Notes: generated from the letters alone by a model not told the origin. 64,000 nucleotides of DNA from Phormidesmis sp. (GCA_965248535.1 CBDFJR010000002.1:576001-640000), one strand, 5' to 3'; counted from the first letter of the stretch, positions 1 through 10,224 are shown. Translations and numbers: made by a program.

Positions 1-294
1 GCGCTCTCTGCCGCGATTAATCACTATCGACAACTGTTTGCCTCTTGGCAGTGGATGCGAGACTGGTGGCGATCGCCCGATCCCATTACAACCCCGACTT
101 TGGTGCTTTGGGGTGAAGAAGACTCAATTTTGAGCTACAAACTTGCCGATGGCCTAGATTCTCTGATTCAAGCGCCTCACAAGATTAAGCTAGTTCCCCA
201 CTGTGGTCACTGGATTCAGCAAGAAGCGCCTCAAACCGTGAACCGTGAACTGCTGGAGTTCCTGAGAAGTCCAGGGTTGACTCGACAGAGTTAG
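1..294 (+). CDS. Alpha/beta hydrolase (epoxide hydrolase-like), C-terminal part; 5' end lies outside the window
   Basis: Open frame from base 1 (ALSAAINHYR...) with PTLVLWGEED and CGHWIQQEAP (catalytic His) motifs. Confidence 0.85.
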   Translation, partial: ALSAAINHYRQLFASWQWMRDWWRSPDPITTPTLVLWGEEDSILSYKLADGLDSLIQAPHKIKLVPHCGHWIQQEAPQTVNRELLEFLRSPGLTRQS

Positions 295-732
295 TTGAAC
301 AGGTCACAGGTTTTTTCTATATCGGTTCAAAAATCGGTCTTCCTTGAATCAGGTTTGTCCGCACTTCTCTGGCATTGCCTAACAGCAAGTTGAGCTTGGA
401 TTTTGGATGGATCAATCAACCCAAAATCCAAATCTAAACCTAGTGTCTTGCAGAACGGCGATCGTCGGTGACAGGAATCGCGATCGGCTGAACTTCAGAT
501 GAGTCCCAAGAGTGCAGTGGGCTGAATTGACGCAAAGCATCTAGAGAATAGCCTTGATTCCCTAAAACGACGATCGCGACCCAGCTAGCAATAAACAGCG
601 CAGTTAGAACAATCATTAGATGACCTCTTAAAACTTTTATATCTAAGTATTAAGAAATATAACATATCTGAAGAACTGTAAGCACTATTTTTGCCAGACT
701 CAGGATGTCTGTCGAAATACATACAATTCAAA

Positions 733-746
733 GTAGTATTTTATAC
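733..746 (+). promoter_or_regulatory. Possible NtcA-binding site
   Basis: GTA-GTATTTTA-TAC matches GTA-N8-TAC in an AT-rich upstream region; no canonically spaced -10 box seen. Confidence 0.3.
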
Positions 747-899
747 TAGTATCAATAAGATTCTGGCGCTAACCGTTTGTAATCAAGCAGGCAGGGCACA
801 CTAAGCCTGATCTTCTAGTCTCACGCTCAGTGGCTCTCTGCTAAGGGATGGCAGATATCTCGGATCGATCGCTAGTCTTTGCATGACCAATGCACGCGC

Positions 900-1712
900 A
901 TGAACAAGCCCTTTAAAAAGTTAGCCTCGATCGACGAGCCAATTAAGTCGCCCTACTCTCAAGACTCTCAGATCAAAAATGTGCTTGATAAGCTGCCTCC
1001 AGAAGCAAAACATTGGGCAGAAAGTTTGCCCTGGAACCAGCGGCGATATGTGCTATCTCTCTGCCATTTGCTGTGTGCAGCAACCCCCAATATTCAAGCA
1101 GAGTTTTTAGATGAATATACCGCCAATGGTCTGATTGCAAAGCTGGTTGAAAATCGAGATGTCAAGCAAAAAGTCAAAGAAAATCTCCAGCGATTTCACA
1201 TTCCAACCGAGCTTAGTGAAAGCCTGGTGAGAAGCTATATTCGGCAGTTTTATATTCACTCGGCTCAAGACGCTCGTCGAAAGCCTGATTTGCTTCTAGA
1301 GTCGGCTTTGCGAATTATTGCCAGCACTGAAGAGCGCAGCAGCATTCTCAGCTATATTCTAGGATTTGAACTGATTAAAATGCTGTTTAAGATGAGTTGG
1401 TTTCAGCATGAAAGACTCTATCGTCTGCAAAAAAATCAAGAAGAGTTTATCAATACCTATATCAAACCAATTCGCCACGCCCATCGAGTCAATCAAATCA
1501 TTGTGCCCAGAGATGAAAGACTGTTTTTTGCCCGCCGAGATTACTTCGTGCAAAAACCTAATCTTTCAGATAAGAAGCTAGTTGAGTTAGCGATCGCGAC
1601 CTTCACCACAGACGTGACTATAGAGTTTGGGTTTTCCATCGTTCGCCACACTCATTCTTTAATTTTTAACTATGACGATATCTTTGCAAACGAGCAAGAG
1701 CCGATTTTTTGA
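900..1712 (+). CDS. Conserved cyanobacterial hypothetical protein
   Basis: Long ORF (ATG at 900, alternative TTG at 879); no recognisable catalytic motif. Confidence 0.7.
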   Translation: MNKPFKKLASIDEPIKSPYSQDSQIKNVLDKLPPEAKHWAESLPWNQRRYVLSLCHLLCAATPNIQAEFLDEYTANGLIAKLVENRDVKQKVKENLQRFHIPTELSESLVRSYIRQFYIHSAQDARRKPDLLLESALRIIASTEERSSILSYILGFELIKMLFKMSWFQHERLYRLQKNQEEFINTYIKPIRHAHRVNQIIVPRDERLFFARRDYFVQKPNLSDKKLVELAIATFTTDVTIEFGFSIVRHTHSLIFNYDDIFANEQEPIF

Positions 1713-1734
1713 GCGATCTAGAAATTAGCCCCGT

Positions 1735-2739
1735 CTAAGCTACTTTGCCGCCACCCATCAGATAAAGCAGCGCCATTCTGACAGCAACTCCGCTAGTGAC
1801 CTGCTGCGAGATCAAACTAAATTGGGGATCATCCATCAGATCAGAGCTAATCTCTACGCCTCGATTGACAGGGCCGGGGTGAAGCACTTTTACCTCTGGC
1901 TTGCAGAGTTTAAGGCGATCGCGGGTGATGCCAAACTGCTGATGATATTCTCGCAAACTGGGCAATAGATGACTGGTCATGCGCTCTTTTTGCAAGCGCA
2001 GGGTCATGACAAAATCGGCATTTTCAATAGCCGGGTCAAGAGTCCAGTGCAGAAAAAGCTGGCGCGAATTGAGATCAGGGCACGCATCTGAGTCAGCAAC
2101 AAAATCGGCAAACCAGTGAGGCAAGAGCGTTGGGGGAGCCGCTAAATGCACTTCAGCCCCGCTAGCCGTCAAACTCCAAAGGTTGGATCGGGCAACGCGA
2201 GAATGAAGAATGTCGCCTACGATCGCGATCTTTTTGCCCGCCAATAGCGATAGTCTCGGCCGCTCAGAATCGAACAATGTGCAGAGGGTGAAGAGGTCTA
2301 AAAGGGCCTGGGATGGGTGCTCGTGTTGCCCATCTCCCGCATTGAGCACCCCCACCCGCACCCCCAGTCGATCCATTTCAGCGGCGATCGCCTGCGGCAC
2401 TCCGGCCTCTTTATGGCGAATCACCATCATGTCGGTGCCCATTGCCAAATAGGTTTTTGCCGTGTCAAGAATCGTCTCTCCTTTAGACAGAGAAGAGGTT
2501 CCGGCAGCAAAGTTAATAGTGTCAGCCGAGAGGCGTTTGGCTGCTAGCTCAAAGCTGCTGCGAGTGCGAGTAGACGACTCAAAAAATAGATTGGCGACAA
2601 CCTGCCCTTGGAGGGTGGGCACTTTCTTGGTTCGGCGAGACAACACTTCTCGAAAGCTGCTAGCCGTTTGTAAAACAACATCATATTCAGCCGGAGAAAA
2701 GTCAGCGAGCGAAAGAACGTGGCGGCGAGTCCAGACCAT
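1735..2739 (-). CDS. pyrB: Aspartate carbamoyltransferase catalytic subunit
   Basis: [20 protein letters not shown] and LHPGP motifs. Confidence 0.97.
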   Translation of the reverse strand: MVWTRRHVLSLADFSPAEYDVVLQTASSFREVLSRRTKKVPTLQGQVVANLFFESSTRTRSSFELAAKRLSADTINFAAGTSSLSKGETILDTAKTYLAMGTDMMVIRHKEAGVPQAIAAEMDRLGVRVGVLNAGDGQHEHPSQALLDLFTLCTLFDSERPRLSLLAGKKIAIVGDILHSRVARSNLWSLTASGAEVHLAAPPTLLPHWFADFVADSDACPDLNSRQLFLHWTLDPAIENADFVMTLRLQKERMTSHLLPSLREYHQQFGITRDRLKLCKPEVKVLHPGPVNRGVEISSDLMDDPQFSLISQQVTSGVAVRMALLYLMGGGKVA

Positions 2740-2855
2740 TAAGGGCGTGCGTTTAAGAAGGTCTCATCATTCATACCCCAAAACGATCGCCCTCACAACC
2801 CAGAGCTTAATTTCACTGTTCAGAGTATACTTGTACTGTTTCGCCGATGTTCTGC

Positions 2856-3761
2856 ATGACTCGCACTCCTTTTGACACGTTTTCTAAACAACTTTTAGAA
2901 GCGTTTCTGACTCCCTTTGGCACAGTTGAACTCAATCGAGAAATTGCTGGAGAATCTCGATATATCGATGTCTGGTTTTCACCTGTTGCCCCGCCCGATC
3001 GGGGTTTGGGTCTCTTAGCGCATATCGCCACAACGCCTTGCCTGATCGAGCCTTATCGCAATGCACCGGGCTTTTCAGAGATGCGATCGTGCTTACTCAA
3101 GCTGTTTTTGGTTCAAGCTGACCATCAGCGTCAGGCTAGGCGCGAAGATGCCTCTCTTTCAGAAGCCGAACTGCCTCACCTGTGGATTCTTTCACCAACC
3201 GCCTCAGAAATATCGCTTCAGAGTTTTGGTGCCACTCAGAGTTTGGAGTGGTTGCCCGGAATTTATGCCCTGCCTGCCGCTTTGAGAACTTCGATCGTGG
3301 TCATTCATCAGCTTCCCAAAACACCGGATACGCTTTGGTTGAGGCTGTTAGGGAGAGGCAAAACTCAGCAGCAGGCTGTAGAAGAAATCCTTTCCCTCGC
3401 CAGTGACGACCCTCGTCGTTCACAAACCTTAAACCTCTTAACAACGTGGAGAATTACTATGAGAGTTGAAGACCTCGACGAGGAAGATCAAATTTCACTG
3501 ATGGCACTTAATCAGGCTTATTTGCAGTGGGAACGAGAAACCATTGAACGCGGTAAACAAGAAGGCAGACAAGAAGGTGCACAACTGGGGCAGCGCCTAG
3601 TCATCGAAAATTTGCTGAAAGCTCGGTTTGGTGAGATAGACGATCGACTGACGGCCCTAATTCCTACAATCCTGACATTTTCGGCTGAGGAATATACGCC
3701 ACTCTTGCTGCAACTGTCTCAAGAGCAACTGTTAGATAGATTTTGGGGTCAAGGTGATTAG
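2856..3761 (+). CDS. Rpn-like / 'flagellar assembly protein H'-annotated cyanobacterial PD-(D/E)XK-like protein
   Basis: N-terminal FDxFSKQLLE and IDVWF; C-terminal GKQEGRQEG repeats and LLKARFGEID tail. Confidence 0.7.
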   Translation: MTRTPFDTFSKQLLEAFLTPFGTVELNREIAGESRYIDVWFSPVAPPDRGLGLLAHIATTPCLIEPYRNAPGFSEMRSCLLKLFLVQADHQRQARREDASLSEAELPHLWILSPTASEISLQSFGATQSLEWLPGIYALPAALRTSIVVIHQLPKTPDTLWLRLLGRGKTQQQAVEEILSLASDDPRRSQTLNLLTTWRITMRVEDLDEEDQISLMALNQAYLQWERETIERGKQEGRQEGAQLGQRLVIENLLKARFGEIDDRLTALIPTILTFSAEEYTPLLLQLSQEQLLDRFWGQGD

Positions 3762-3769
3762 AAGCCCAA

Positions 3770-5125
3770 TCAAGTAGGCAGATGGAGGATATTTAGGCTA
3801 AATGTAATCAGCGTTAGAAAGAGGATGAAGCCGATCGTGTCTAGCATGGTGGTCACAAGTGGGCCACTGATCAACGCAGGATCGAGTTTTAGCCGCTTTA
3901 AACCCATGGGCAGCAGCGTTCCTAAGGTGACAGCGATGACCGAGTTTGCCGCCATGACCAATCCGGCGACGTAGCCAACCCAGCGAGTTTCGGGCGAAGT
4001 CCAGATCAGGGATAGCAAAACCATTGTGGTTCCTAGGGCAAAAGCGGTTCCTAACCCTGCCAGCAATTCTTTGCGAAGAATTTTCATCGTGTCGGCTGGC
4101 GTGACTTCACCCACCCCTAGCGATCGGATCGTCACCGTAAGAGCCTGAATGCCCACAGTTCCGCCTGTGTTTGAGAACAAGGGCATGATCACAGCCAGCA
4201 CTGGCACTAGGGAGATGGTTTTTTGAAACGGTGCGATCGCGCTAGATGCCCCAATATAAAGTGCCATTACGCCCACGAGCCAAGGCAGACGATTCCGCAG
4301 CTTTTCTAAGGGATGAGAGAGAGACGATTCATCGCCCCCGCTGACCCCGGCTAACTTTTGAATATCTTCGGTGGCTTCTTGTTCTAAGATGTCTACCACG
4401 TCGTCAACCGTGATGATGCCCACGAGTCGGTCTTCACGATCTACGACAGGCACCGCAATCAAGTCGTAGCGTTTCATCAGTTGCGCCACTTCTTCTTGAG
4501 GCATCTCGGTTGTGGCTTTGATCACCCGATCGCTGGCGATGTCTTCAATGCGCACATCGGGAATCGAGAACAGCAGTTGCCGCAGCGAGACCACCTGTTT
4601 GAGCTTGCGGTTATTGTCAGTCACATAGGCATAGTAAACCGTTTCTTTATCTCGGTCAGCCAGTCTAATCTTGGTCAGGGCTTCGCCTACGGTCAAGCCT
4701 TGCCGCAGCCGCACATATTCGGTGGTCATCACCCGACCTGCGGTGCTCTCTGCGTAGCCTAAAATGGTGGCTGTTGCCTGCCGCTCTTCGGGGCTGAGTT
4801 GTTGAACGAGTCGTTTTGCGATTCCAGCCGGGAGTTCGTCAAACAGTTCGGCACGATCGTCGGGTCGCATTGACTCAACAATCTGACACACCTGGGCATT
4901 GTGCAGCGACCCAATCAGATCTTCTTGAATTTCTTGGGGCAGATATTCAAAGACATCGGTAGCCTGAGTTTTGTTGAGCAGTCGAAAGGCGATCGCGCGT
5001 CTCTCAGGAGGAAGCTCTGCTATATAATCGCCCACATCGATCGCGGGCATCTCGTTCAACTCGTGCTTAAGCTGATTGAGATCAGCAATATCAGACAGGG
5101 AAGTGCGACTTTCCTGGGTTAGCAT
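3770..5125 (-). CDS. mgtE: Magnesium transporter MgtE
   Basis: MgtE N-domain, CBS pair (TAGRVMTTEY, LVGIITVDDVVD) and TM region with DPALISGPLVTT. Confidence 0.95.
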   Translation of the reverse strand: MLTQESRTSLSDIADLNQLKHELNEMPAIDVGDYIAELPPERRAIAFRLLNKTQATDVFEYLPQEIQEDLIGSLHNAQVCQIVESMRPDDRAELFDELPAGIAKRLVQQLSPEERQATATILGYAESTAGRVMTTEYVRLRQGLTVGEALTKIRLADRDKETVYYAYVTDNNRKLKQVVSLRQLLFSIPDVRIEDIASDRVIKATTEMPQEEVAQLMKRYDLIAVPVVDREDRLVGIITVDDVVDILEQEATEDIQKLAGVSGGDESSLSHPLEKLRNRLPWLVGVMALYIGASSAIAPFQKTISLVPVLAVIMPLFSNTGGTVGIQALTVTIRSLGVGEVTPADTMKILRKELLAGLGTAFALGTTMVLLSLIWTSPETRWVGYVAGLVMAANSVIAVTLGTLLPMGLKRLKLDPALISGPLVTTMLDTIGFILFLTLITFSLNILHLPT

Positions 5126-5173
5126 AAAAACCTCCTAAGTCTCCCTCGCGCTGGAAGACTGAGGCTTCTAGCG

Positions 5174-5215
5174 CTAAAGGAGTTTAATACTGTGGGGTAA
5201 TGGACACTGGTCCAT
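5174..5215 (-). CDS. Putative mgtE leader peptide MDQCPLPHSIKLL
   Basis: 13-codon ORF ending 48 nt upstream of mgtE, containing PLP; overlaps hairpins and an anti-SD segment. Confidence 0.55.
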   Translation of the reverse strand: MDQCPLPHSIKLL

Positions 5216-5350
5216 GAACTTTACAAAACGCAACATCGACATCCAATCCGGGTGTCGCTGAGTCTATGCTAACCCTGAAGCCACAAATCCACAATCCTTC
5301 GAGATGACCTTCTCACAAAGATCCTACTTTTGTTAACGGTGATTAACCCT

Positions 5351-5968
5351 ATGATCAGCACTCCGAGGTATGTCTCTCATCTCCTAAGTCAGAAGCCAAA
5401 AACCGGAAAAAGCCACAAACTCTTTTTTTACGGGGGGCCGTTGATAATGTCACTAATCTTGAGTAGCTGCAAAACGGCTCCTTTGGATCAGCCCCCGATC
5501 GCCTCGTCTCCCCCCCTAACTCCGAGGGCTGCCCCTAGTCCCGGTCTGTCGCCGATCGCCAAAAGCCCGTCTTCACCGCCCACGGGTCAGTCACCCCAGA
5601 CGGCTTCACTCGCGCCTCAAAAGACCGTTCCTGTTAGCGTCTATAAAGTGGATAACCAGTGCAGAGACTTCGTAGCAGAAAAAACGGCCGTTCCTGCCAA
5701 TCAGCCGATCGCCGCAGCCGTGGGCAAAGTCTTAGCCAATGCTGACAGTGCCGACTTTAGCTTGTCTGGCTATCGAGTGAACGTCGTTTCTGGCGTGGCC
5801 ACCGTCGATCTGCGTGTTGCCCCTGACTCAAAGCGCAAGTTAGTGTCTCTCTCAAGCTGCGAGCAGATGGCGATTTTTGGCAGTCTTCGCAAAACCTTAA
5901 TCAGCAATGCTGAATGGAAAATTAAATCAGTGCGGTTTACCGATCGTGGCAAAGAAATCGTTCTTTAA
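5351..5968 (+). CDS. GerMN-domain lipoprotein
   Basis: Lipobox-like LILSSC, Pro/Ser linker, C-terminal ATVDL...SLRKTL...IKSVRF; start codon uncertain. Confidence 0.75.
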   Translation: MISTPRYVSHLLSQKPKTGKSHKLFFYGGPLIMSLILSSCKTAPLDQPPIASSPPLTPRAAPSPGLSPIAKSPSSPPTGQSPQTASLAPQKTVPVSVYKVDNQCRDFVAEKTAVPANQPIAAAVGKVLANADSADFSLSGYRVNVVSGVATVDLRVAPDSKRKLVSLSSCEQMAIFGSLRKTLISNAEWKIKSVRFTDRGKEIVL

Positions 5969-5972
5969 AACG

Positions 5973-6579
5973 TCAGCCTTTTTTCGACACGGCGGCACAA
6001 TGTTTAACATACCACCGCCAAGGCAGATCGGCTCCTTGAGTTAGCCCGATGCGAGTGGTCTGAACAAAGGCGATCAAGTCTTGGTCAACCTGTGCTTGAA
6101 ACTGGGGACTGCGCGGCTCTAACCACATTGACTGTCCAGGTTGAAAAGACTGTGCACTGAGCGTGAGATCGATTTTGAAAGCCCGACAGAGTTTGCCAGG
6201 GCCCGGCAGCGACGCGAGCCAACTTTTCGTCTATGCACCAAGGCGGCAGGCTGTCAAGCTGCAAAGCACGAATTAAGACAGCGCTGGGCACTCCGTCGCG
6301 ATCGGTGACCACATTCAAGCAGTGATAGATGCCATAGATCAGATAGACATAGCTCATTCCGGCGGGGCCAAACATGATGCGGTTGCGATCAGTCTGTCGC
6401 CGATAGGCATGACACGCTGGATCGCCCACCGTGTAGGCTTCGGTTTCGACAATCATGCCCCGCAGGGTTAACCCATCAGAAAATTGACGCACCAAAGTGC
6501 AGCCCAAGAGATCAGGGGCGACTTCGAGCGACGATCGCGATAACCACTCTGATCGAATAAAAGAGGAATCTCTAATCAT
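5973..6579 (-). pseudogene. mpg: DNA-3-methyladenine glycosylase (AAG/MPG family), one-base frameshift at about 6199-6201 (possibly a sequencing error)
   Basis: IVETEAY and YVYLIYG motifs; removing one base restores GPGKLCRA...TTRIGLT...LPWRWY ending at TGA 5973. Confidence 0.85.
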
Positions 6580-6698
6580 TTCAGCCTTTAGAAGAATCTG
6601 TCAAAAATCTTTGGTTTGCTAGGATTTGAAGGAGTTTGCGGTAGAATTCTAATCACATTAGCTAGCTCTAGAAAACCATCATAAAAGCGATTACTATC

Positions 6699-6821
6699 AT
6701 GGATGTCAAACTCGTTTTACTGGTTCTCACCGGGTTCTTCACCATAGCTTGTCTGTTTTTTGGCACCCGCAACGGTTTTTATGACTCCGATAATTATCAC
6801 GGCAATGGGTCGGCGCACTAG
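6699..6821 (+). CDS. ndhP: NDH-1L complex small subunit NdhP
   Basis: MDVKLVLLVLTGFFTIACLFFGTRNGFYDSDNYHGNGSAH, with the characteristic FFGTRNGFYD...YHGNGSAH tail. Confidence 0.93.
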   Translation: MDVKLVLLVLTGFFTIACLFFGTRNGFYDSDNYHGNGSAH

Positions 6822-6959
6822 ATTTCGTCAGATCATGACCGCTTCTAGATCCAACGTTAAACATCGTGGGCGTTGCTAAATCGCCTACTTCTCTCCTCCC
6901 TTTGCACTGTGTTGATCTTAAGTTTGATAATCTCAGAGATCAAAAACTAGCCATCCAAC

Positions 6960-8636
6960 GTGACTCAACTGGAATGCTTGCCCTACGGCGTTGGTCATGC
7001 TGATGAAGGAGTGTCTCTCCTAGTTCGCATGGGACCCTATCGAATATTGCTGGACTGTGGCTTGAGAGATATTTCGCCTCTGAGTCAGCAAAAAACTGAT
7101 TTGGCGCTTCCTGCTGATTTGGTGTTATGCACTCATGCTCATTCTGACCACGCCCGCGGGCTGCTGGCGCTTCATCAAGCGTTTCCTAAACTGCCGATCT
7201 ATGCGAGTGAGGTGACGACTCAACTTCTGCCGCTCAATTGGGTGGATGAGTCAGTTCCTCAATTTTGTCATGCTCTGCCGTGGCGATCGCCCGTAGAGTT
7301 TTTTGACGGGTTAACCGCCGAACTGTTTCCAGCGGGTCATTTGCCCGGAGCGGCGGTGATTTTGTTGACCTATGTGCCGCCTGCGTCACCTCAAGAGCAG
7401 CGCCCCTACAAACTGCTCTACACAGGCGATTTTTTCTTATCAAATTCTCGGTTGGTTGACGGGCTGCGGCTAGAAGAACTGCGGGGGTTAGCGCCAGATG
7501 TGCTGATTGTTGAAGGCAGTTATGGCACGGCTCGATATCCCCATCGGCGGCAGCAAGAAAATCAACTGATTGAGCGCATCAGTCTCGCGATCGCTGAGGG
7601 GCGCTCGGTGCTTTTGCCTTTGCCGACTTTGGGGTTGGGGCAAGAGTTGCTGATGCTGCTGCGGAGTCATCATCTCTTTACCGGGCGAGAGGTAGATATT
7701 TGGGTCGATGGCACGGTAGCCGCAGGCTGTGATGCTTATCTAGACCTGCTGCCCCATCTGCCCAGCGCGGTGCAAAATTTTGCTCGTCACCAGCCGCTCT
7801 TTTGGGATGAGCGGGTGCGGCCGCGGGTGCGGCATTTGCGGCCTGAGCAGCGATCGGCTATTGACGCTCCCTGCATTGTCTTAACTGATTTAACGGTTGA
7901 CCTGCATGAGTTTTGTCAATCTGATGCGGCGTGGCTGGTGCTCTTTCCTCAACAGAGCAGTCAGCTAGAGATTGAACCCGGTGGGATTTCTGCGGTTCTT
8001 GCCTCTGACTCAGAGCGGGCGACGGTGGAATTTTATTTGCTGGCGCAGCACTGTGACGGGCCTAGCACCACGCAACTGATTCACAATTTGCGCCCTCAGC
8101 ATGTGCTGTTTGTGCACGGGTCGCCGACTTATCTGGCTGACTTGACGGGTTTAGAAGAACTGCATAATCGCTATCATCTGCATTCACCCTTGATCGGGGG
8201 GGTAGTTGAACTCCCGATCGGGGAGACGTTTTTGCAACCTGCTGCCCCCGACCACAGCTATGAAGGCGAACTGGCTGAACTGGGAACGGGGGTGACGATC
8301 ACGCTGCCGGATGCGATCACGGCTGACCCGCGCTGGCGCACACTGGCGGACACGGGGCTGATCGAAGCCCGTTGGCAGGGAGAAGATCTCGTCTTGCGGG
8401 GGCTGCATCAGCGTGAGTTGTTGAGTTCGGGGGGCGATCGCTTGCCGATTTGGGCAGACGGGACGCTAAAAGACTGCTGCTCAAACTGTCGTCACTGTCG
8501 GGGTCAACGCTGCTGGAATCCGAGTTCGCCGTTGTTTAACTTTAAAGTGACGCTGGATGGCTACTGTCCGGTATTTGAGCCGTTGATGCTCTCGACAGAG
8601 GTGGAGATGCGAGACGAAGACGAGTCCGATCGCTAG
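6960..8636 (+). CDS. MBL-fold metallo-hydrolase (beta-CASP-like) with Cys-rich C-terminus
   Basis: LLDCG, THAHSDH, AGHLPGA and YTGDF motifs. Confidence 0.85.
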   Translation: MTQLECLPYGVGHADEGVSLLVRMGPYRILLDCGLRDISPLSQQKTDLALPADLVLCTHAHSDHARGLLALHQAFPKLPIYASEVTTQLLPLNWVDESVPQFCHALPWRSPVEFFDGLTAELFPAGHLPGAAVILLTYVPPASPQEQRPYKLLYTGDFFLSNSRLVDGLRLEELRGLAPDVLIVEGSYGTARYPHRRQQENQLIERISLAIAEGRSVLLPLPTLGLGQELLMLLRSHHLFTGREVDIWVDGTVAAGCDAYLDLLPHLPSAVQNFARHQPLFWDERVRPRVRHLRPEQRSAIDAPCIVLTDLTVDLHEFCQSDAAWLVLFPQQSSQLEIEPGGISAVLASDSERATVEFYLLAQHCDGPSTTQLIHNLRPQHVLFVHGSPTYLADLTGLEELHNRYHLHSPLIGGVVELPIGETFLQPAAPDHSYEGELAELGTGVTITLPDAITADPRWRTLADTGLIEARWQGEDLVLRGLHQRELLSSGGDRLPIWADGTLKDCCSNCRHCRGQRCWNPSSPLFNFKVTLDGYCPVFEPLMLSTEVEMRDEDESDR

Positions 8637-8646
8637 GGTTTACGTC

Positions 8647-9183
8647 TTAGCTTTCTCGAATCGAGGGAGCTGTAGACAGGGCTTTTGCCCCCGATCGCAT
8701 CTGCTCAATATCGAAGTCTGACCAGGGGTGAATCGAGCGATGATGGGCAACGAGCAGCCCCCACAGTCCTTTGGCGGTTAAAATGGGGACGACTAAATTA
8801 GCGCGCACTTGAAGATCACGCAGAAACTCACGGTGGCAGGGTGCGATCGCTTCAGTTTCAATATCTGAGATAGCGCGAACTCTGCCTTCTAGATACATCA
8901 TGGCATAGTCGCCGTTGAAGCATTCATCTGGGCCAGTTGAGCCGTAGATTGAAAGCTCGTCAGCACTCAAAGACTCAAAGGTAACTTGCCCTTTCCATTG
9001 GCGATAGAAATAATATAAGACCACGCGATCGACGGCAAGATTATCGCGTAGTTGGTTGGTGGTTTGTTGAACTAGCTGATCTCGCTCAATAGTGCCAGAA
9101 ATGCGATCGAGCACTTTCTGAAGACTAGGAGCATGAGTGAGTTGAGGAAGACGATCGGGGTTTGAATCAGAATAAACTTGCAC
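8647..9183 (-). CDS. Stand-alone GAF protein, DXCF-type cyanobacteriochrome
   Basis: DRVVLY, DECF (second Cys), PCH (bilin-binding Cys) and ANLVVPI...LWGLLVAH. Confidence 0.8.
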   Translation of the reverse strand: MQVYSDSNPDRLPQLTHAPSLQKVLDRISGTIERDQLVQQTTNQLRDNLAVDRVVLYYFYRQWKGQVTFESLSADELSIYGSTGPDECFNGDYAMMYLEGRVRAISDIETEAIAPCHREFLRDLQVRANLVVPILTAKGLWGLLVAHHRSIHPWSDFDIEQMRSGAKALSTAPSIRES

Positions 9184-9338
9184 GGCTCTAGGCTTGGAAT
9201 TGGAACAACAGATAGCAATGTTGTATAAAGCTAGTTAAACGGTAATTAAATCAACCCTAGTAATACCAGCGAAACTAACTAAATTCGGTTTTTGAAAGCA
9301 AGATTTAAGCTTTATAGCCATCAGCATAATTAGAACGC

Positions 9339-10124
9339 TTACACAAGCTGCCTAGGTTTAAGTCTCACAAAGAGAATCAGCAGCCCTAATGCGATCGCGA
9401 GTCCAATCGCTGTCATTGAGATCATGGATTGACTTGCTTGCCGAACCGCGATCGCAACCAATGCCCAAATGATCACCGACGTAAAGGCAACATCGCGATA
9501 TCGCCAGGTCAGGGTTGCGGCGATCGCTGCACTGATTGCTGACACGATCACTGTCCAGATCGCTGGAGAAACTCCGCCGCCCATCCATCCAGAACCGTAT
9601 AAAGCTGATGCAACATTCACTACAGTTGCGACAGTAATCCACCCAAAATAAACGCTGACGGGAATTTGAATCAGCCATTTTTCTCGTCGAGAAATGCGAT
9701 CGTCTACGGTTCTCAATTGCAAAAATGCTGAGACTAGAGAGAGCAAAATGCCCATCATCACGATCACCGAGAGCCAAAAGAGCCGCCCTTCAAAGGCCAA
9801 CACCCAGAGAATTTGTAGGAGAGAGGCAGCGATGATCGGCGATCGCACGGCGTGCAGCCGGATGTTATCTCGTTGAGCAGGCGAGATTTGATAGATCCCA
9901 AAGGCGATCAGCCCCAAATAAATCACGCCCCAAATCGCAAACGCATAATTAGCAGGAGTCACCAACACTCCGCCAAAAATCGTGTTTGAAATTGCGCCAA
10001 TATTCAGCCCATTGAGCGGGAAAAAGTTAGAAAGCCCATTCACCACGATCGCGCCTAAAATCGCTGCGATCGTCGCAATTTGCTGACCAGACATTGATGA
10101 AGGAGAGCGATCGGAGCGCTGCAT
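9339..10124 (-). CDS. TspO/MBR-like tryptophan-rich membrane protein
   Basis: TPANYAFAIWGVIY motif; multiple TM helices. Confidence 0.75.
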   Translation of the reverse strand: MQRSDRSPSSMSGQQIATIAAILGAIVVNGLSNFFPLNGLNIGAISNTIFGGVLVTPANYAFAIWGVIYLGLIAFGIYQISPAQRDNIRLHAVRSPIIAASLLQILWVLAFEGRLFWLSVIVMMGILLSLVSAFLQLRTVDDRISRREKWLIQIPVSVYFGWITVATVVNVASALYGSGWMGGGVSPAIWTVIVSAISAAIAATLTWRYRDVAFTSVIIWALVAIAVRQASQSMISMTAIGLAIALGLLILFVRLKPRQLV

Positions 10125-10188
10125 AGAAGCCTATTTCTTAGGAACCCCTTTAGGATAACGAGGATATCAACGCCCTATCTCTCTCTAA

Positions 10189-10224
10189 TTCCAGGTTTCT
10201 GAATTTTTCCAGGTTTCTGAATTT
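10189..10224. repeat. Perfect 18-bp tandem duplication
   Basis: TTCCAGGTTTCTGAATTT x2 directly abutting the stop codon of the CyRepA1-like gene. Confidence 0.9.

Noticed and set aside
900..1712. Cobyrinic acid a,c-diamide synthase (a label I recall on similar proteins)
   Set aside because: No P-loop or glutamine amidotransferase motif visible
5126..5300. M-box (ykoK) riboswitch upstream of mgtE
   Set aside because: No recognisable M-box conserved sequence; the leader-peptide model fits better
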